Below are positions 33,711-36,558 of a stretch of DNA of 36,558 nt, one piece after another. Every line of letters starts with the position of its first letter. The first letter of the stretch is position 1. Below the pieces are notes generated by a model. It made no database searches. It was not told where the DNA came from and saw only the letters and a list, made by a program, of their open reading frames with translations. This stretch comes from a virus (taxonomy: Duplodnaviria > Caudoviricetes). Position numbers and translations under genes: made by a program. The DNA is taken from the IMG/VR virus record IMGVR_UViG_3300032257_000058, positions 1 through 36,558 of that record. The stretch is one strand, 5' to 3'.

Positions 33711-35275
33711 TGGCTCGAGACTATACATCTACAGCTCATACAGTAAATACAGGTAGTCGAACTGGCACCACACTTAGGACGATTTCGGCTTGGTTTTACA
33801 TTGACGCTTACGATTCAACAGCGCGTCGTTTGTTCGATCAGGGTACGCAAGAGTATCTTTACTACAGGACAACCAATGGTGATTTTGCGTTTACTGTCGA
33901 CGCATGGAGCGGATCAAACGCTCGCTGGGGAATAACACAACCCAGCGCAGGTGGTTGGCATCACTTAGCTATAACTTACGACGCCGGCAGTACAGCTAAC
34001 GACCCTGTGTTTTGGCTCGATGGTACGTCAGTTTCGGTTGTTGAAATTACAGCGCCTTCCGGCACGTATTCAAACAAAACATCGAATTGTTACATTGGAA
34101 ACAGATCTGACGCAACCCGCGGACACAACGGTGCTATTGGTGAATTTGCGCAATGGGATGTGATTCTATCAGATAGCGAAATCGCAGCACTTGCGTCGAG
34201 AGTATCGGCAGCGAGAGTAAGACCACAAAGTTTGACGTTGTTCGATGCTGGACACAACGCGGCGGATATGGTTAACGGCGGAACATTTACTGTTTCTGTC
34301 GCAGGGTATGTCGATCACTGTCCAACTGGGTTTCCATTCGCGTTAGATGATTTTGTTCCGCATTCTGTTGCGGCGGGTGGTGGGACGAATTTGATAATTC
34401 AAGATTCGATACATGGTCACAGCGCTGATAATGTTGACTTAACTCAGTTACACCAACTTACAGTTCAAGATTCTACGCACGCGCAATCGTCGGACAATAT
34501 TAATCTAACGCAATTACACATCTTAAATGTTGACGAGTCAGCTCACTCATTAGCTTCAGATAATATAGACCTGACTCAGGATCAGCAGCTGGTAGTCGAA
34601 GATTCTTCACACTTACTGTCGAGTGATAATATCGACTTGACGCAAGATCACCAATTGACTGTACAAGACTCGGCGCACGGACACGCGGCAGATAATTTGG
34701 CGTTAACACAGGATCATCAATTGACGATTCAGGATTCAACGCACGGCCATACGGCTGATAACGTTGTTTTGTCGGTGGCTGGGATTTTGATTTTGCAGGA
34801 TGGGCAGCACTCACACAGTGCAGATAATATTGACCTAACACAAGATCATCAATTGGCTATCCAAGATTCGTTACATTCTCAAGTTTCGGATAATGTTGAT
34901 TTAACGCAAGACCATCAGCTGTCAATAAACGATAGCGCTCACGGGCACGTAGTTGATAACGTTATTTTGTCAGTCGCAACAATTTTAGGTATTAATGATG
35001 CGTCGCATGCTCAAACGGTGGAAGCCTTAACGCTAACGCAAGATCATCAGTTGGCAATTCAGGAAGCGTTGCACGCGCATTCCGGCGAGAGCATCGCACT
35101 AACGCAAAATCACGCGTTAATAATTAGTGATGCGTTGCACGGTTTAATCTCTGACAACGTTACGCTTACAATACCCTCTGGAGCGGTGACACCTTCAGAA
35201 AGAATTTACCAAATAAAAACAGATGATCGAGTTTACTTGGTAGCAGCAGAGTCAAGAATTTACACAATTCATTAG
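33710..35275 (+). CDS. LamG/concanavalin-like domain protein with 12 x 22-aa His-containing repeats (putative fibre)
   Basis: TISAWFY, WHHLAITYD, WLDG, IGN and G.IGEFA.W..ILS.SEI LamG motifs, followed by tandem repeats. Confidence 0.8.
   Translation: MARDYTSTAHTVNTGSRTGTTLRTISAWFYIDAYDSTARRLFDQGTQEYLYYRTTNGDFAFTVDAWSGSNARWGITQPSAGGWHHLAITYDAGSTANDPVFWLDGTSVSVVEITAPSGTYSNKTSNCYIGNRSDATRGHNGAIGEFAQWDVILSDSEIAALASRVSAARVRPQSLTLFDAGHNAADMVNGGTFTVSVAGYVDHCPTGFPFALDDFVPHSVAAGGGTNLIIQDSIHGHSADNVDLTQLHQLTVQDSTHAQSSDNINLTQLHILNVDESAHSLASDNIDLTQDQQLVVEDSSHLLSSDNIDLTQDHQLTVQDSAHGHAADNLALTQDHQLTIQDSTHGHTADNVVLSVAGILILQDGQHSHSADNIDLTQDHQLAIQDSLHSQVSDNVDLTQDHQLSINDSAHGHVVDNVILSVATILGINDASHAQTVEALTLTQDHQLAIQEALHAHSGESIALTQNHALIISDALHGLISDNVTLTIPSGAVTPSERIYQIKTDDRVYLVAAESRIYTIH
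34391..35182 (+). repeat. Twelve tandem 66-bp (22-aa) coding repeats
   Basis: Consensus L.(I/V)QDS.H.(H).(S/A)DN(I/V).LTQDHQ; His at position 8 in all 12 units. Confidence 0.9.
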
Positions 35276-35282
35276 GTGAAAT

Positions 35283-35507
35283 ATGAAAATAGAAGCGAAA
35301 CTACGAATCAAAGATAAACCCTTTGAAAAGTTTTATGACCTGGAAGTCGGCGACGTGATTACGGTTCCCGATGACGTTGGCGAGTATTGGGTTAAAAATG
35401 GATGGGTTAAGAATTTGGATTCAGGCGAGGACAACAAGCCCAGCGATAAGCCAGTTACGCTTGACGTTCATAAGTCTTCGCTCGGCGTAAAGGATACGGT
35501 GGAATAA
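35283..35507 (+). CDS. Hypothetical protein
   Basis: AGGTG RBS; GDVITVPD..G..WV..GW motif. Confidence 0.65.
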   Translation: MKIEAKLRIKDKPFEKFYDLEVGDVITVPDDVGEYWVKNGWVKNLDSGEDNKPSDKPVTLDVHKSSLGVKDTVE

Positions 35508-35508
35508 G

Positions 35509-35880
35509 ATGGGAAAGAGTGTTCATGATGATGTATTAGACGGCGCGATCGATGTACTTGATCAAGGTGACTTGATGATTGCATGTAGCGCGGAACCAAC
35601 CACGCGAGCCGAAGCAGTTTCAACATACGCACTAGCCGACGCGACGATGGTTGCTGATACTGATTACACGAAAGCAAACGGAGACACGTCCGGGCGAAAG
35701 GTAACGGTTGCGGCCAAGTCTACGATCACCGTTGACGCTACAGGTTCGGCGAACCATGTTGCAGTTGTTGACGCTACTCGTTTACTGTATGTGACCACAT
35801 GCACCAGCCAGGCACTAACGTCTGGTAATACTGTCAACTTTCCTGCTTGGGATGTTGAGTTCGCGGATCCAACGCCATAA
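35509..35880 (+). CDS. Putative small fibre/virion subunit
   Basis: Ala/Thr/Asp-rich; NGD.SGRK.TV, G.A.HVA and G.TV.FPAW..E..DP motifs typical of virion proteins. Confidence 0.6.
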   Translation: MGKSVHDDVLDGAIDVLDQGDLMIACSAEPTTRAEAVSTYALADATMVADTDYTKANGDTSGRKVTVAAKSTITVDATGSANHVAVVDATRLLYVTTCTSQALTSGNTVNFPAWDVEFADPTP

Positions 35881-36218
35881 TGCCAAGCTCTTTCCTTGTC
35901 GATGCCGATGCCGTGCTCGATTACAAATTCGATTGGGCTTCATTGACCAATGGATCAGGCGTTGAAGATTGGCTAGAGGCAGGCGAAACAATTACAGAAA
36001 TCGATGTAAGTGCTAGCGGCGTTTCACTCGGCGATGGTGTTGTGGTTGTGAGCTCGTCAGCTGGAAACGTAACGCCCGACGCGCCGGCTCTTGCAGATAC
36101 AAACACAAGCGTAATAGTTTGGATTTATAGCCCCACGGCAGGTTCGGTAGTTACATGCAGGATTAGAACAAGTAGCGGTCGAGTTGACGACAGGTCAGTT
36201 ACGTTCCTTTTGAGATAA
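35880..36218 (+). CDS. Putative fibre adaptor protein
   Basis: D.DAVLDY.FDW...WL..GETI and V.CRI.TS.GRVDDRS motifs. Confidence 0.6.
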   Translation: MPSSFLVDADAVLDYKFDWASLTNGSGVEDWLEAGETITEIDVSASGVSLGDGVVVVSSSAGNVTPDAPALADTNTSVIVWIYSPTAGSVVTCRIRTSSGRVDDRSVTFLLR

Positions 36219-36517
36219 TGCCACGCAAGCCACCGACGCATGGAACAGGAAACAAAAATAAATCTCGTAAAGGTTATTCGGAAAGAAAATCATCAACCAA
36301 GCGCGGCTACACATACAAGTGGCAGAAAGCAAGCAAGCGTTATCTTGCAGAACATCCGCTATGCGTTGATTGTGCAGAACGAAATCAAATTACAGCGGCA
36401 ACCGTAGTTGATCACATTATCCCTCATCGAGGCGATCCAGTATTGTTTTGGGATGAGGATAATTGGCAATCGATGTGCAAACCAGACCATGATAAGAAGA
36501 CAGGGCAGGGGGGGTGA
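36218..36517 (+). CDS. HNH endonuclease (HK97 gp74-like terminase cofactor)
   Basis: RGY...W, HPLC..C and VVDHIIPHRGD..LFWD..NWQ.MC...H..KT; immediately precedes terS on the circle. Confidence 0.93.
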   Translation: MPRKPPTHGTGNKNKSRKGYSERKSSTKRGYTYKWQKASKRYLAEHPLCVDCAERNQITAATVVDHIIPHRGDPVLFWDEDNWQSMCKPDHDKKTGQGG

Positions 36518-36535
36518 AATCTCTACAACCTGGCG

Positions 36536-36558
36536 TCTTCTAGACCGTCGGCCAGTCA
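36536..36558 (+). repeat. Terminal direct repeat, right copy
   Basis: Identical to 1-23. Confidence 0.95.

Noticed and set aside
34391-35182. CRISPR array or DGR template/variable repeat
   Set aside because: The repeats are in-frame, degenerate at synonymous sites and have no unique spacers; no cas or reverse transcriptase gene is present.
93-36106. Shadow ORFs in the track (e.g. 93-377, 591-920, 613-960, 1303-2010, 3892-4251, 10461-10802, 22663-23037, 26974-27246, 34500-34841)
   Set aside because: They overlap well-supported genes in another frame or strand and have no RBS or protein-like motifs.

Overview
This window looks like a complete, circularly closed temperate siphovirus genome of about 36.5 kb. 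The first and last 23 bp are identical. Gene order is lambdoid/HK97-like: terS, terL, portal, ClpP-type protease, HK97 capsid, neck and tail genes (a tail chaperone with a -1 frameshift, a 998-aa tape measure protein), then a lysis-position cluster with no recognisable endolysin. After that come a leftward accessory cluster containing a C4-like RNA, an attP made of the 3' half of a gammaproteobacterial-type tRNA-His, integrase and excisionase, a recombination module (Sak/Rad52-like protein, SSB), a lipoprotein moron, a cI/cro switch with five 16-bp operators, replication genes, ninB/ninG and a Q-like gene. Three things stand out. (1) A stand-alone two-gene operon (32173-32790): a promoter covered by palindromic operators, an acidic 116-aa unknown protein and an Aca5-like HTH gene, which is a candidate new anti-CRISPR/anti-defence locus. 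(2) A perfect-consensus late promoter with an adjacent LexA box. (3) A second virion module upstream of HNH/terminase, built around a LamG-like protein with twelve 22-aa His-containing repeats. All family assignments are from motif recognition by eye; no database searches were run.
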